NCBI GenBank assembly: GCA_934149515.1
Contig: CAKPFD010000003.1
Span: 8,228 to 72,227, forward strand
Length of the DNA: 64,000 nucleotides
Reading direction: 5' to 3'
Source: an uncultured Bacilli bacterium
GTDB taxonomy: Bacteria > Bacillota_I > Bacilli_A > RF39 > UBA660
The first letter of the stretch is position 1. Every line of letters starts with the position of its first letter. Positions 40,809 to 51,716 of the stretch are shown here, one piece after another. Position numbers and translations under genes: made by a program. The notes below the pieces were generated by a model. That model made no database searches. It saw nothing but the letters and a program-made list of their open reading frames with translations, and was not told where the DNA came from.

Positions 40809-41156
40809 AATGATCGCCCTTTCTGATAGTATTATTTACTATTTCATTATTTATATACTAATTATAAAGTTATTACTTAATATTTTTTATCCCCAACTTT
40901 ATTATTAATTAAATAATTAACAAGGGCACTATTAGAAAGGATAGTAAAGTATGAATAAAATTATAGAAAGAAAGCGCAAACAATTACGTTTATTAGAAGG
41001 TAAATATGCATTATTATTAGAAAAAAAGCCTTGTCGAATTTTCTATTATCGCTATAAAAAATGGAAAAAGGAAGTTTCGTTATTGGAACAACAATTGTTC
41101 TTTTTTTATGAATCGTTTGAAAAGATGGAATAGCAAAAAGAGATCCTTTCGATCTC

Positions 41157-42332
41157 TTATGATTTTGTTCCAGCACTAATATTTTTTATAGTATTCCAAA
41201 AGAGTGTTGGAAAAGATAATGCTTTAGCGTTTTGACCTGCTACTAAATCTTCTTCTTTAACGGTATCTTTTTGATTTTTTATGATTAATTTTCCTAGAAC
41301 ATCGCCTTTTTTAATTGGTAATTTTATTTTGTTTATTGTTACATCATAGGTGTATTTTTTTTCTTCTTCTCCTTTTTTGGACACAATTCCAACATCTAAG
41401 GATGGGCTTAGATCAATTGTTTTGGTGGTGGCTTTATCGATAGTGATTGTTTTAATAATATCACTTTTTTTCTTGATTAGTTGTATTTGATAATTGTTAA
41501 AACCATAATCTAATATATTCATTGTTTCTTGGTTTCTTACTTTGGCGACATCTTCTTGTAAAACAATTGCGATAAGACGCATGTCATTTCTTTTGGCAGT
41601 TGCTGCTAGACAGTACTTGGCAGCATCAGTATGTCCTGTTTTTAAGCCGTCTGCGCCATCATAAAATCTTACTAGTTTATTAGTATTTACTAGCCAGAAT
41701 TTGTTGTTGGTATCTTGTCTTAAATAATCTTCATATAAAGATGAGAAGTCTAGTATTTTTTCATGTTTTAATAATTCTCTTGCAATGATTGCCATGTCGT
41801 AAGCGGAAGAATAATGATTTTCTTCATCTAATCCTGTACAATTTTGAAAGTTGGTATTTTTTAATCCTAGTTGTTTTACTTTTTGATTCATCTTTTTGAC
41901 AAATTCAATTTCTGTCCCTGCTAAATATTCAGCCATTGCAACTGTTGCATCATTGGCACTAGCCATTGATATTCCTTTCATCATTTCTTCTACAGTTAAA
42001 ACTTCACCTTTTGCTAAAAAAATTTGACTACCACCCATGTTAGCAGCGTTGGCACTAGCGGTAACTTTGTCATCCCAAGAAATTTTTCCTGTTTCAATAG
42101 CTTCTAAAATTAGAATTTGGGCGACCATTTTTGTCATAGAAGCAACTGGTAATTGTTCATCTTTATTTTTTTCAAATAAGATTTTTCCAGTCGATGCTTC
42201 CATTAAAATACCGGCTTTGGCATTTGGAATCAGGCTAGTATCTTGATCTTCTGCTTGTACCAAGATTGGAAATAGCAATACTAATATAGAGAAAAATATC
42301 CATTTTTTCAATCTATCAACTCCTAATACCAC
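41157..42332 (-). CDS. dacA: D-alanyl-D-alanine carboxypeptidase (PBP5-like, S11)
   Basis: Signal peptide and SxxK motif ASMTKMV. Confidence 0.85.
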   Translation of the reverse strand: MVLGVDRLKKWIFFSILVLLFPILVQAEDQDTSLIPNAKAGILMEASTGKILFEKNKDEQLPVASMTKMVAQILILEAIETGKISWDDKVTASANAANMGGSQIFLAKGEVLTVEEMMKGISMASANDATVAMAEYLAGTEIEFVKKMNQKVKQLGLKNTNFQNCTGLDEENHYSSAYDMAIIARELLKHEKILDFSSLYEDYLRQDTNNKFWLVNTNKLVRFYDGADGLKTGHTDAAKYCLAATAKRNDMRLIAIVLQEDVAKVRNQETMNILDYGFNNYQIQLIKKKSDIIKTITIDKATTKTIDLSPSLDVGIVSKKGEEEKKYTYDVTINKIKLPIKKGDVLGKLIIKNQKDTVKEEDLVAGQNAKALSFPTLFWNTIKNISAGTKS

Positions 42333-42372
42333 ATTATGTTGTTTAAGTTTTAATTATGTATCATAAGATATA

Positions 42373-43203
42373 GTGGGTGAAAAAATGAAACGAATAATTA
42401 TTCCTTTTCTTATTGTTGTGATGATTTGCTGTTTGGGTGTTTCTTTTCAGTTTCTGAAAGTAGAAAAAAAAGATCCTATTCTTAAGAAGTTTTCTACTAT
42501 TTCTTATTTTATTCCTAGTTATCAAAAACGTTATGAAGCTTATCGTACTTTGCATCCTTCGATGTCACTAGAAGAGGTTGTTACAAAGGTTAATATTGGG
42601 TTAGACAAAGAATTTTATCAAAGCACAAAACCAACACCTTATTTAAATCAAACTACCATTTTAATTAATAAGTATTATTATGTGTTAGAAAATTATGTTC
42701 CTGATAATCTTGTTTTGTTAGATTCTAGTTATTCTAAAAGTGGTATTTATTTAGTAAAAGAAGCAAAAGAACAGTTAGAAAAAATGATAACAGCAGCAGC
42801 ACAAGAAGGTCATGTGCTTCGAGTTATTTCGGCGTATCGCAGTTATTCTTATCAAGTGAAATTATATCAAAATTATGTTGCACAAGATGGAATTGCTGCT
42901 GCTGATACTTATTCGGCTCGTCCTGGTTATTCTGAACATCAAAGTGGTCTTGTTGTAGATATAGATAATGGTAAGGTGCCTTATACTTCCTTTGAAACAA
43001 CAAAAGAATATACTTGGATGGTAGATCATGCATATCAATTTGGCTTTATTTTACGGTATCCAAAGGGAACGGATGCAATTACAGGTTATCAATTTGAAGC
43101 CTGGCATTATCGTTATGTAGGAAAAGAACTTGCTCTAAAAATAAAAAATACTCACCTTACTTTTGATGAGTACTATGCAAGATATTTAGATAGTGAGCTT
43201 TAA
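42373..43203 (+). CDS. M15-family D,D-carboxypeptidase (VanY-like)
   Basis: SAYRSYSYQ...RPGYSEHQSGLVVDI...EAWHYRYVG (zinc ligands His/Asp/His of the VanY fold). Confidence 0.75.
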   Translation: MGEKMKRIIIPFLIVVMICCLGVSFQFLKVEKKDPILKKFSTISYFIPSYQKRYEAYRTLHPSMSLEEVVTKVNIGLDKEFYQSTKPTPYLNQTTILINKYYYVLENYVPDNLVLLDSSYSKSGIYLVKEAKEQLEKMITAAAQEGHVLRVISAYRSYSYQVKLYQNYVAQDGIAAADTYSARPGYSEHQSGLVVDIDNGKVPYTSFETTKEYTWMVDHAYQFGFILRYPKGTDAITGYQFEAWHYRYVGKELALKIKNTHLTFDEYYARYLDSEL

Positions 43204-43502
43204 TTTAACTTTGATAAAGCAATTATTTTGTCCATATCATCATCTGTTGCCATTTTATTTTTATGTATCATTTTACAGCTTTTACAACGATAAATAATTT
43301 TAAATGTATCTTTAAATTTTTCTATTCCAATTGGTTCTAGTAGTCCGTGACAGGTATTTTTTCTATCTCCTGGCATGATATCGACATGTTTTGAATAAAG
43401 ACAGAAAGGACAATGATCTCTTGCACTATAATGAAGTGGTGTTACTTCCTTTTGGCAATTTTCACAAATAAAGGCTTCATCCTTCATAACAAAACGTTTC
43501 AT
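43200..43502 (-). CDS. RNHCP-domain zinc-ribbon protein
   Basis: Cys pairs CENC...ARDHCPFCL...CKSCK. Confidence 0.55.
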   Translation of the reverse strand: MKRFVMKDEAFICENCQKEVTPLHYSARDHCPFCLYSKHVDIMPGDRKNTCHGLLEPIGIEKFKDTFKIIYRCKSCKMIHKNKMATDDDMDKIIALSKLN

Positions 43503-43585
43503 TTTACTTCCTCCAAGTAGTATTATAACAAGCTTTTATTTGAAAAAAAAGGATAAAACTGTTATAATTTATCAAGAGGATAGAA

Positions 43586-44305
43586 ATGATGATAGAATTT
43601 AAATTAGATGATTTTGAAGGGCCACTTGATTTATTATTACATTTGATTAAAGAAAATAAGATGGACATTTTTGATATTCCCATTGAAGAAATTACGAAAC
43701 AGTATTTGGCTTATATTCAAAATGTGAAAAATAGAAATTTAGAGGTTGCTTCTGCTTATTTGGTAATGGCTAGTGAATTAATTGAATTGAAAGCCAAAAT
43801 GTTATTGCCAAGACAACAAGAAGATGATCAAGAACCAGAAGAAGATCCAAGGGAAGAATTGGTTGGTCGGCTATTAGAATATCAAGCTTATAAAGAAATT
43901 AGTAAAGATTTAAAACAAAAAGAATTAAAACGGCAAGAAATCTATACCAAATTACCGGAAGATGTCCGTCAATATCAAGAAAATACAACTTTAGCACAAG
44001 ATGGCTCTATTGATGATTTAGTAGATGCTTTAAAAAAGTTTTTAGCTAGAAAGCAAGAAGAAGTACCACTTCAAACAAAAGTGACGATGAAAGAAATTAC
44101 TGTTTCCTCAAGAAAGATAGAAATTCGTCAAAAATTAAATAAAGAAAAGAAAATGCGTTTTTTTGATTTGTTTCCAGTGGCTTCAAAAGAATATTTGGTA
44201 GCAACATTTCTTGCAGTATTAGAAATGGCTAAAAGTAAGGAATTATTGATTTTTCAGGATACATTATTTGCAGATATTATTTGTGAGGTGGTAGAGCATG
44301 CATAA
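43586..44305 (+). CDS. scpA: Segregation and condensation protein A
   Basis: N-terminus FEGPLDLLLHLI, followed by scpB with an overlap. Confidence 0.85.
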   Translation: MMIEFKLDDFEGPLDLLLHLIKENKMDIFDIPIEEITKQYLAYIQNVKNRNLEVASAYLVMASELIELKAKMLLPRQQEDDQEPEEDPREELVGRLLEYQAYKEISKDLKQKELKRQEIYTKLPEDVRQYQENTTLAQDGSIDDLVDALKKFLARKQEEVPLQTKVTMKEITVSSRKIEIRQKLNKEKKMRFFDLFPVASKEYLVATFLAVLEMAKSKELLIFQDTLFADIICEVVEHA

Positions 44306-44879
44306 AGAAGCAGTATTAGAGGGATTGTTGTTTGTTGTTGGTGATGAAGGATTAACATTAGAACAAATTGAAACTATATTGGAAGTTACAAAAGAAGAAG
44401 CAAAAGACTTAATTCAACAGTTACAACTTCAATATGAAGAACCATCAAGAGGGATTCGAATTGATTTTTTAGGGAATCGTTTAAAGCTAACGACCAAAAA
44501 AGAACATCATGCATATTATCAGAAATTACTAGAAACCGATCAAGCTAATATTCTTAGTCAAGCAGCTTTAGAAACGCTTGCTATTGTTGCTTACAATCAG
44601 CCATTAACAAGAATTCAAATTGATCATTTAAGGGGCATTTCTAGTAGTCAAATGGTAAGAAAGTTGGTAGCAAAAGGTTTTATTAAAGAAACTGGTAGAA
44701 GTGATTTACCTGGACGACCAATTATTTATGAAACAACTAGTGCTTTTTTAGATTATTTTGGTCTTGCTAGTATTGAAGATTTACCAGATATGCGGCAGTT
44801 TTTAGAAGATGAAAATAACAATAATGAAGATAATAGGGAAGAAGTAGATTTATATGATTCAAAATATAAAGAAGAATAA
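44298..44879 (+). CDS. scpB: Segregation and condensation protein B
   Basis: VLEGLLFVVGDEGLTLEQI and the winged-helix motif QIDHLRGISSSQ. Confidence 0.85.
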   Translation: MHKEAVLEGLLFVVGDEGLTLEQIETILEVTKEEAKDLIQQLQLQYEEPSRGIRIDFLGNRLKLTTKKEHHAYYQKLLETDQANILSQAALETLAIVAYNQPLTRIQIDHLRGISSSQMVRKLVAKGFIKETGRSDLPGRPIIYETTSAFLDYFGLASIEDLPDMRQFLEDENNNNEDNREEVDLYDSKYKEE

Positions 44880-45384
44880 AGTTTATCAAAGAATAATATT
44901 TAGTTTATTATTTTGTTTGGTAGTAGCACTTGGATGTTATATGACGAAAAGAAATTTTTCGCATTATCGTCCTAACGATCCTGTTTATGATAATAGCAAA
45001 GAAGATAGTGCTGTTGCTATTTTAGATGCTTTTTTTGAAAAGGGAAAAGAAGAAGAGGTTATTCCATCACTTGATAATATTAGGTTACAAGAAGTTTTAT
45101 ATGGGGAAGAAGATGGTGATGTGATTGTTTGTTCTACTTATCAATTATTAGAATCTAACTCTGATTCCTATCCTTTTTATTCTATTTGTTTAGGAAGTGA
45201 TGATGGAAAAACGTTATCAATAGTTTATGATGATATGTCTTATGTACAGATTATGGAATATGGTATTATGGCATATCAAGTGTTAGAAAATAGTAATTTT
45301 CTAAGTCCATTAGATACTACTTACATTCAAAAGGCACTTTCTATTAATATATCTCCTTCACAAGATTTTCCATCTGTTGTCTAG
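44854..45384 (+). CDS. Hypothetical N-terminally anchored protein
   Basis: ORF with one N-terminal TM, translationally overlapping scpB. Confidence 0.4.
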   Translation: MIQNIKKNKVYQRIIFSLLFCLVVALGCYMTKRNFSHYRPNDPVYDNSKEDSAVAILDAFFEKGKEEEVIPSLDNIRLQEVLYGEEDGDVIVCSTYQLLESNSDSYPFYSICLGSDDGKTLSIVYDDMSYVQIMEYGIMAYQVLENSNFLSPLDTTYIQKALSINISPSQDFPSVV

Positions 45385-45478
45385 TTCCTATGTCAAGTTT
45401 ATCTTTTTTACATGCGCTGCTTTCTTTTTTTTACTTTTTTTATTATAATGAATTTAAGATGATAAGGAGTGTTTAAAA

Positions 45479-45973
45479 ATGAAAAAAAGTAATGTTGTTT
45501 TAATTGTTTTATTGATATTAGCATTTGTTGTTATTCTTTTCTTATCTTCGTTTATTTTATTTCACGTGTATGATAAGAAGGTAACAACATCAACCCAAGT
45601 AAAAGAAGAAGTTACTAAAGAAGATGATACAACGGATGCAAAGTGTCCTGAAGTGGAAGTAGCTAAACCTAAATGTGTTGGTACATATTATGGTGAATTT
45701 CAACAAACTAGTAGTAATGGACTTTCATATGATCTTAAATATACTTATATCTTGAAAGATGATTTTACCTTTACATTTTCTACTGGTTCATCTGGAACAA
45801 GGGGTACTTTTGCTATCAACGATAATACGATTTCTTTGACTGGTATGAGTGAACTTGGAGGTCCAAGAGATGAAGTTACTTATTATCATACGAATGATTA
45901 TATTATTGCAGATGATTGTTCTTTTATCCTTTATAATGATGGTGGAGCGAGATTTAAGTTGGTTCGTCAATAA
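45479..45973 (+). CDS. Hypothetical N-terminally anchored protein
   Basis: RBS AAGGAG, one N-terminal TM. Confidence 0.4.
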   Translation: MKKSNVVLIVLLILAFVVILFLSSFILFHVYDKKVTTSTQVKEEVTKEDDTTDAKCPEVEVAKPKCVGTYYGEFQQTSSNGLSYDLKYTYILKDDFTFTFSTGSSGTRGTFAINDNTISLTGMSELGGPRDEVTYYHTNDYIIADDCSFILYNDGGARFKLVRQ

Positions 45974-45976
45974 CAA

Positions 45977-46011
45977 TTTGCATTTTGGTAACTTTTGTGG
46001 TATTATCTTGC
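45977..46011 (+). promoter_or_regulatory. Sigma-A-type promoter (TTGCAT-17-TATTAT) driving the T-box leader
   Basis: -35 TTGCAT, 17-nt spacer with TG, -10 TATTAT. Confidence 0.5.
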
Positions 46012-46017
46012 TATCGG

Positions 46018-46250
46018 CTGTGAGTAGGAGGAGTAATTTTGCTTCGTTTATAATAGAGAGTTATTGATTGGTGGAACAATAACATAGACGTAAAATGAAG
46101 ACACCTAGGAGCTACTTACTTGAAATCTAGTAGAGTAAGTCGGATAAGAACCGTTATTTCAGTAAGTGATTATATATTTATATAATAAAATGGGTGGTAC
46201 CGCGGATTTAACAGTTATTCGTCCCTTGTGGATAGATAACTGTTTTTTTT
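46018..46250 (+). ncRNA. T-box riboswitch leader upstream of the class IIb aaRS gene
   Basis: Conserved T-box sequence AAATGGGTGGTACCGCGG at 46189-46206, followed by terminator hairpin ACAGTTAT...ATAACTGT plus T8 (46211-46250). Confidence 0.7.
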
Positions 46251-46266
46251 ATGAGGAGGGATTAGA

Positions 46267-47580
46267 TTGAAAACCATTTATTTTGATCACTTAAAAGATT
46301 ATATAGGAAAGGAACTTACCATTGAAGGCTTTGTTGATTCTATTCGTGATTTAGCTTTTGTACAATTTGTAGTACTACGTGATACAACTTCTAAGATTCA
46401 AGTTACAATCTTAAAAGATGAACAGCATGCAGCATTAAATAAAATAATTTCAAATATTAAGATAGAATCTACACTTAAAGTAACAGGAAAGCTTGTTCAA
46501 AATGAAAAAGTTAAATTACATCAAATGGAGTTACTTCCTACAGATATTGTCGTAACTAGTTATTGTTTAGAAGATTTACCATTCAATTATAAAGATAGTC
46601 AGTCCACACTATTAGATACTCGTTTAAATAAGCGTTTTTTGGATCTTCGTAATGAAAAAAATTTATTATTGTTTCAGGTACAGACTTGTCTTGTACAAGC
46701 GATGAGAGAGTTTGTTCTTAATAATAAATTTATAGAGCTTCATACGCCTAAATTAATTGGTGCTGCTAGTGAATCAGGAGCAGAGGTATTTGAATTACAA
46801 TATTTCAATAAAAAAGCTTATTTGGCACAGAGTCCACAGTTTTATAAACAAATGGCAATGTGTAGTGGCTTTGAAAAAGTGTTTGAAGTAGCACCAGTTT
46901 TTCGTGCAGAAAGATCAAATTCTTATCGACATGCAACAGAATTTACTTCCTTTGATGTGGAAATGAGTTATATTGAAAAATTAGAAGATTTGATGAAATT
47001 TGAAGAAGATTTGATAGTTTTTGCTTTTCAGAAGGTAAGAAACAATTATGGAGAGAAAATAAAGGAATTATTTGGAGTGGATGTTGTTGTACCAACTAAA
47101 CCATTTCCTAGAATAAAGTTAGAAGATTTATATCAAAAATTAGAAGAAGTTTATCATTATCAGATGAATTTTGAAGATATTGGTGATATGAATGCTGAAT
47201 CAGAGAAATTGGCAGCTGATTATATTCAAAAAACATTTGGACATCAATTTGTCTTTATTACAGATTTTAGTGCGAAAAAAAGAGCTTTTTATCATAAGAG
47301 AGAAAATGGTATACCACAAGGAGCAGATTTGATTTTTAAGGGATGTGAAATTACAACATTAGCATTACGAGAACACCGTTATGAAATTTTATGTCAACAA
47401 GCAAAAGAGAAGGGGCTAGGTAAGGATGTTTCATTTTATCTTGATTTCTTCCGATATGGTTGTCCACCACATGGTGGTTTTGCTATTGGTGTTGAACGTT
47501 TAACGATGTTATTACTTGGTCTTCCTTCTTTAAAAGAGACAATGTTTTTATTTAGAGGGCCAAACCATTTAGAACCATAA
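46267..47580 (+). CDS. Class IIb aminoacyl-tRNA synthetase, archaeal-type AspRS (possibly non-discriminating) or AsnRS
   Basis: TTG start after RBS GAGGAGGG. Motif 2 FRAERSNSYRHATEF, motif 3 GGFAIGVERL, C-terminal FRGPNHLEP resembling archaeal-type AspRS. Confidence 0.8.
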   Translation: MKTIYFDHLKDYIGKELTIEGFVDSIRDLAFVQFVVLRDTTSKIQVTILKDEQHAALNKIISNIKIESTLKVTGKLVQNEKVKLHQMELLPTDIVVTSYCLEDLPFNYKDSQSTLLDTRLNKRFLDLRNEKNLLLFQVQTCLVQAMREFVLNNKFIELHTPKLIGAASESGAEVFELQYFNKKAYLAQSPQFYKQMAMCSGFEKVFEVAPVFRAERSNSYRHATEFTSFDVEMSYIEKLEDLMKFEEDLIVFAFQKVRNNYGEKIKELFGVDVVVPTKPFPRIKLEDLYQKLEEVYHYQMNFEDIGDMNAESEKLAADYIQKTFGHQFVFITDFSAKKRAFYHKRENGIPQGADLIFKGCEITTLALREHRYEILCQQAKEKGLGKDVSFYLDFFRYGCPPHGGFAIGVERLTMLLLGLPSLKETMFLFRGPNHLEP

Positions 47581-47618
47581 TTACTTTACACTGTTAGGAG
47601 AAAAAAAGACAAATTTAT

Positions 47619-47647
47619 TTGAGAACACTTGTTACTTTTTGTATAAT
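47619..47647 (+). promoter_or_regulatory. Near-consensus sigma-A promoter TTGAGA-17-TATAAT
   Basis: Exact 17-nt spacing, TG adjacent to -10. Followed by RBS AAGGAG and the ATG at 47670. Confidence 0.55.
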
Positions 47648-47669
47648 CTTCTTAAGGAGTGAAGGGAAA

Positions 47670-48431
47670 ATGAAAAAAATTTTGAAGGCTTTATTTTTAG
47701 TGGTGATCTTTGGTATTGTTTTTTCTATATCGGATGTTCATGCTGCTTATGCTTATTACTGGAATATTGGGGGTGAAACTATTTCAAGAGGAGAATCTAC
47801 AGCAGCAGGAAATGTATCTTGGGTAGAAGATAGTCAATACCTTGGTGGCGTTTTAACATTGAATAATTATACTGGTGGTCCATTAAAATTAATTTGTGCC
47901 GGAACTGGTATGAACCAGGTTTTTGCCATTAAATTAGTGGGAAATAATAAAATCACTGCAAAAGATGCTATTGGTATTCTTGCTTCCAATAATATTGAAT
48001 TTATTGGAGATGGTACTTTAACTATTGAAGCAGCTATTCCAATTTTTGATGATTATTCTATTATAGGTGATGCTGGTGCAGTGGTACCTGTTGAAGATCT
48101 TAAACTACAAGGTAATACTACTATAAAAATTGATTTGACAAACAGTCATAATGTTAGTAATAATTCTAGTAATTCTTCTAGTGCACAACCAAAAGAAGAT
48201 ACTACTAATTCTGGTGAAGCAACGAAAGATATTGATGAAGGTGTAACAACAACAGATGAAGATGATACTACAAAAGAAAAAGATGATAAAGTAACAGATA
48301 GCAAAAATGATAATGTTTCTTCTAATCAATCTTTGATAAATACTATTGCTTTAGTTTATGGTGTGATTAGTTTGATTGTTATTATTATATTAGTTGTTCA
48401 ATTAAGAAAATCAAAATTAACGAAAATATAA
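47670..48431 (+). CDS. Surface protein with signal peptide and C-terminal TM anchor
   Basis: Start refined to MKKILKALFLVV after the promoter and RBS. S/N/T/D-rich linker and C-terminal hydrophobic helix plus KSKLTKI. Confidence 0.45.
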   Translation: MKKILKALFLVVIFGIVFSISDVHAAYAYYWNIGGETISRGESTAAGNVSWVEDSQYLGGVLTLNNYTGGPLKLICAGTGMNQVFAIKLVGNNKITAKDAIGILASNNIEFIGDGTLTIEAAIPIFDDYSIIGDAGAVVPVEDLKLQGNTTIKIDLTNSHNVSNNSSNSSSAQPKEDTTNSGEATKDIDEGVTTTDEDDTTKEKDDKVTDSKNDNVSSNQSLINTIALVYGVISLIVIIILVVQLRKSKLTKI

Positions 48432-48488
48432 AAAATAGGTCTGTTATGAATTACTTTGTTTTCATGATAGACCTTTGTTATTTTTAGT

Positions 48489-49106
48489 TTATATATGTTT
48501 TATATCAATTATTGTTTCGTTGTCAAATGTAAGTTCAAATGTTTCACAGTAATCAGAAAAGTTACCACAAAATATTTCATTATTATTAAAAATAATTTTG
48601 TAAGTTCCTTTATCTTGTATTATATTACACCAAGTCATTAATAAAAATAACATGGCAGTTGAATGAAATACGATTGCTATTTTTTTATCCTCTTTTTTTA
48701 ACACTTCCATTAATGCAGCTAAAGTTCTTTCTCTTACTTCTTTTTGACTTTCGCCAGTTCCGATTTTATAATCCTCATTTAAAAATTGTTTTTCACTAAA
48801 ATTAGCTGGTAGTTCGTCAAATGAATTAACTCCAAATTTTCTTTCTCCAAACTCATTTATGACATTAATTTCTATGTTATTGTTTTGTGCTATATATTTA
48901 GCTGTAGATATTGCTCTAACATAACTAGAAGTATATAATTTATCTATATCTTTTAATTTATCGATACTTAATTTTTCTTTTGCAATATTTTCTCCTTCAA
49001 TAGATAAAATTTGTTTTTCATTTTGGAGCTGTAAACTATCACTATTGTTAGCATTGTTAATTTTTAAGGGCTTTGAATGCCTTATTAAATATACCTTTTT
49101 AATCAT
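48489..49106 (-). CDS. Histidine phosphatase family protein (phosphoglycerate mutase-like)
   Basis: N-terminal LIRHS motif (the RHG class) and an HST motif further along. Confidence 0.6.
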   Translation of the reverse strand: MIKKVYLIRHSKPLKINNANNSDSLQLQNEKQILSIEGENIAKEKLSIDKLKDIDKLYTSSYVRAISTAKYIAQNNNIEINVINEFGERKFGVNSFDELPANFSEKQFLNEDYKIGTGESQKEVRERTLAALMEVLKKEDKKIAIVFHSTAMLFLLMTWCNIIQDKGTYKIIFNNNEIFCGNFSDYCETFELTFDNETIIDIKHI

Positions 49107-49324
49107 TATTATCTCATATAATCAATTTTATAGAAATTTGATTGATCCCTTTCTATTTATATTTTTTTACATTTATTTTGATCTGATTGATTGTTAGAGT
49201 TATAGTTGCTTTCACTATCATTATTATTTTCATTTATGTTTTCTACCATAACTGGTTCTTTAATAATTTCATTAGCTAAAACATTATTTTTATTTTCTTC
49301 AATACCATCATTATTAAATTTATT

Positions 49325-50458
49325 TCATTTATCATTATTATCTATTGGCTCATCAATTATTTTATTTTCGCCATAACTATCAATAGGATTAGTATTATCT
49401 ATTTCATACTCTTCTTTATATCCCTTAGCAGAAATTATCTTATTATGGTAATTCATAAACTCTTTAAATTTATCTTGAATAGAATACATCAAGTTATGAT
49501 TTGAACACTCTAATAATATATTAATACCATCTTCACTTTCTAAAGATATTTCACCATACTTGCAAACCGGAATTTGTCTATTATTATTAAATCTCTTATC
49601 TGGTCCACCACTTTTATTAACATATCTCCAAGTATATCTTACAATTTCAGCATCTCTAGGAACCATCTCGGTTTCAACAAAATTTGTTGTACTAAAACCT
49701 GCAACCATATCATTGTATCGTCTACATCCAACTCCACCCATATTTTTAAATATTAACATTCTATCTGGAGTAAAAAATATTTTTTCATTCTTTAAATTTA
49801 GACAATAAACATCAATATTATGTTTAATATACCATGGCATTTTTTTGGCCATAGAAATTCTTGTTCTTGAAACATTATTTCCAGCACCAGCATTATATTT
49901 TGTATTGTATACTTTAATAGATGAACCAATTTGCCATAATCTTTTATTGTTTCCTAACTCAACTAAGAATTCATTTAAAGCATCAAATTTCTTTTGATTT
50001 ATATCATCCATTTCATAAGTTAAATCTAATTTCCATTTTTTTGCAATTAATATTTTTAATAATATTCCTATTGGAATTAACACTATAAGAAATAAACATA
50101 CATTAGCTAATATATCTATAGTTCTTAATTTGTTAATTTGTTTTAATAATTCATCGCCTTTTCCCATTTTAGAAATATTATTGTTTTGATAATAAGTCGT
50201 ATTTCCAGTAATCAACTTAGTATCCTGATTATAATTATAATTATTTCCAGAATTATTAGAATTATTTCTCCGATTACCTTGTGATTCTACATAAGAAATA
50301 CCAGTACCTGGAATAGAATAAGTTTTTCGTTGAGTTCCATTTGGACTATATGTATGCCTATAACCTGGAAATCCCCAACTATAACCAATTCCGGATTTGC
50401 TTAAATTAATCCTAAATCCACCACCAAGGTTTATGCTTTTCCTGTATCTCCATCCCAT
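49325..50458 (-). CDS. DUF4236-domain protein
   Basis: N-terminus MGWRYRKSINLGGGFRINLSKSGIGYSWGFPG matches the DUF4236 signature. Internal TM. Confidence 0.6.
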   Translation of the reverse strand: MGWRYRKSINLGGGFRINLSKSGIGYSWGFPGYRHTYSPNGTQRKTYSIPGTGISYVESQGNRRNNSNNSGNNYNYNQDTKLITGNTTYYQNNNISKMGKGDELLKQINKLRTIDILANVCLFLIVLIPIGILLKILIAKKWKLDLTYEMDDINQKKFDALNEFLVELGNNKRLWQIGSSIKVYNTKYNAGAGNNVSRTRISMAKKMPWYIKHNIDVYCLNLKNEKIFFTPDRMLIFKNMGGVGCRRYNDMVAGFSTTNFVETEMVPRDAEIVRYTWRYVNKSGGPDKRFNNNRQIPVCKYGEISLESEDGINILLECSNHNLMYSIQDKFKEFMNYHNKIISAKGYKEEYEIDNTNPIDSYGENKIIDEPIDNNDK

Positions 50459-50825
50459 TTAGTCACCAACTTTACTATTTATTTTTTCTATATATTTAAC
50501 AATTTTTTTAATTTCTTGTAAAAAAATGTATCATAATTATCAATAAAATTATCTTCAATACCACTAATATTCGCCATATCATTTAATGATGTTGGCTTAT
50601 ATTTGACTAGCAATTTTAGTGCATCTATTATAATCATAAAACTTTTCTTGCAAATTATTTCTTAACATGCATAACTTATTATATAATTGATAATCTTCTT
50701 GATTCATAGCACTCAACTCCTTAAACTTCTACATAATAACTATAGCATAATTTTTACGATTTTTCTTCTTAATAAGATAAAAATAGTTTCACAATATGGA
50801 ACTATCAAAACTCATTTATTGTATT

Positions 50826-51716
50826 TTATCTACTCTCTATTAAGTATTTATTATCTTCATTTACTTGTTGTTGTAATACTTCTAATTTCTTAACATTCTT
50901 ATTATTTCTTAATGCTTCCATTTGATTTCTTGCTGATTCATTTAATTGAATAAGTCTATCAGATTGTTTTATATTCATTCTAATCAATTCTGCATTTGTG
51001 TTTTCTAAATTATTTAAAATTATTAAATGAAGTAAATCTGTATAATCCCTCATATTTCCATTTTTAGCAAGTTTTGGATTATCTTCACGCCACTCTTTAG
51101 CAGTCATACCAAACAATGCAACATTTAATACATCTGCCTCATTTGCATATACAAACTTAATTTGTTGTTCTGTTAAAGTAGGAACTATATATTTTTTAAT
51201 TGCATCAGTATGAACAACATAATTTAATTTAGATAATAATCTATTTGCATGCCATTCAATTTTTTCTTGATATGTTTCATTTCTTTTTAATCTTTCAAAT
51301 TCTTTAATTAAATATAATTTAAATTCAGGACTAATCCAACTAGCAAACTCGAAAGCAATATCACTTCTTGCAAAAGTTCCACCACCATATTTACCAGATT
51401 TAGAAATAATACCAATAGCATTTGTTTCCCTAATCCATTTTTGAGGGGACATAGTAAATGCATGTCTTCCTGCTTCATTTTTAAACTGGTCGAATTCGAC
51501 CACTTTAAAATTTTCATTATTTAATTCTTCCCATACACCTAGAAAAGAAATCGTTTCTTTATTTCTTAACCAATTTTTAACAACATCTGCTGGTGCTTCA
51601 TCATTTTGAGTTTTTGCTAAGTCAGTAAGTGATATATATTCATATCCATTAACTCTAACAACATTTATTTTACTACCTTTAACATCCATCTCTGATTGTA
51701 TTATATTATTTTTCAT
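50826..51716 (-). CDS. KilA-N domain protein (phage/mobile-element associated DNA-binding)
   Basis: N-terminal KilA-N-like segment INVVRVNGYEYISLTDLAK...KNWLRNKETISFL. Confidence 0.55.
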   Translation of the reverse strand: MKNNIIQSEMDVKGSKINVVRVNGYEYISLTDLAKTQNDEAPADVVKNWLRNKETISFLGVWEELNNENFKVVEFDQFKNEAGRHAFTMSPQKWIRETNAIGIISKSGKYGGGTFARSDIAFEFASWISPEFKLYLIKEFERLKRNETYQEKIEWHANRLLSKLNYVVHTDAIKKYIVPTLTEQQIKFVYANEADVLNVALFGMTAKEWREDNPKLAKNGNMRDYTDLLHLIILNNLENTNAELIRMNIKQSDRLIQLNESARNQMEALRNNKNVKKLEVLQQQVNEDNKYLIESR

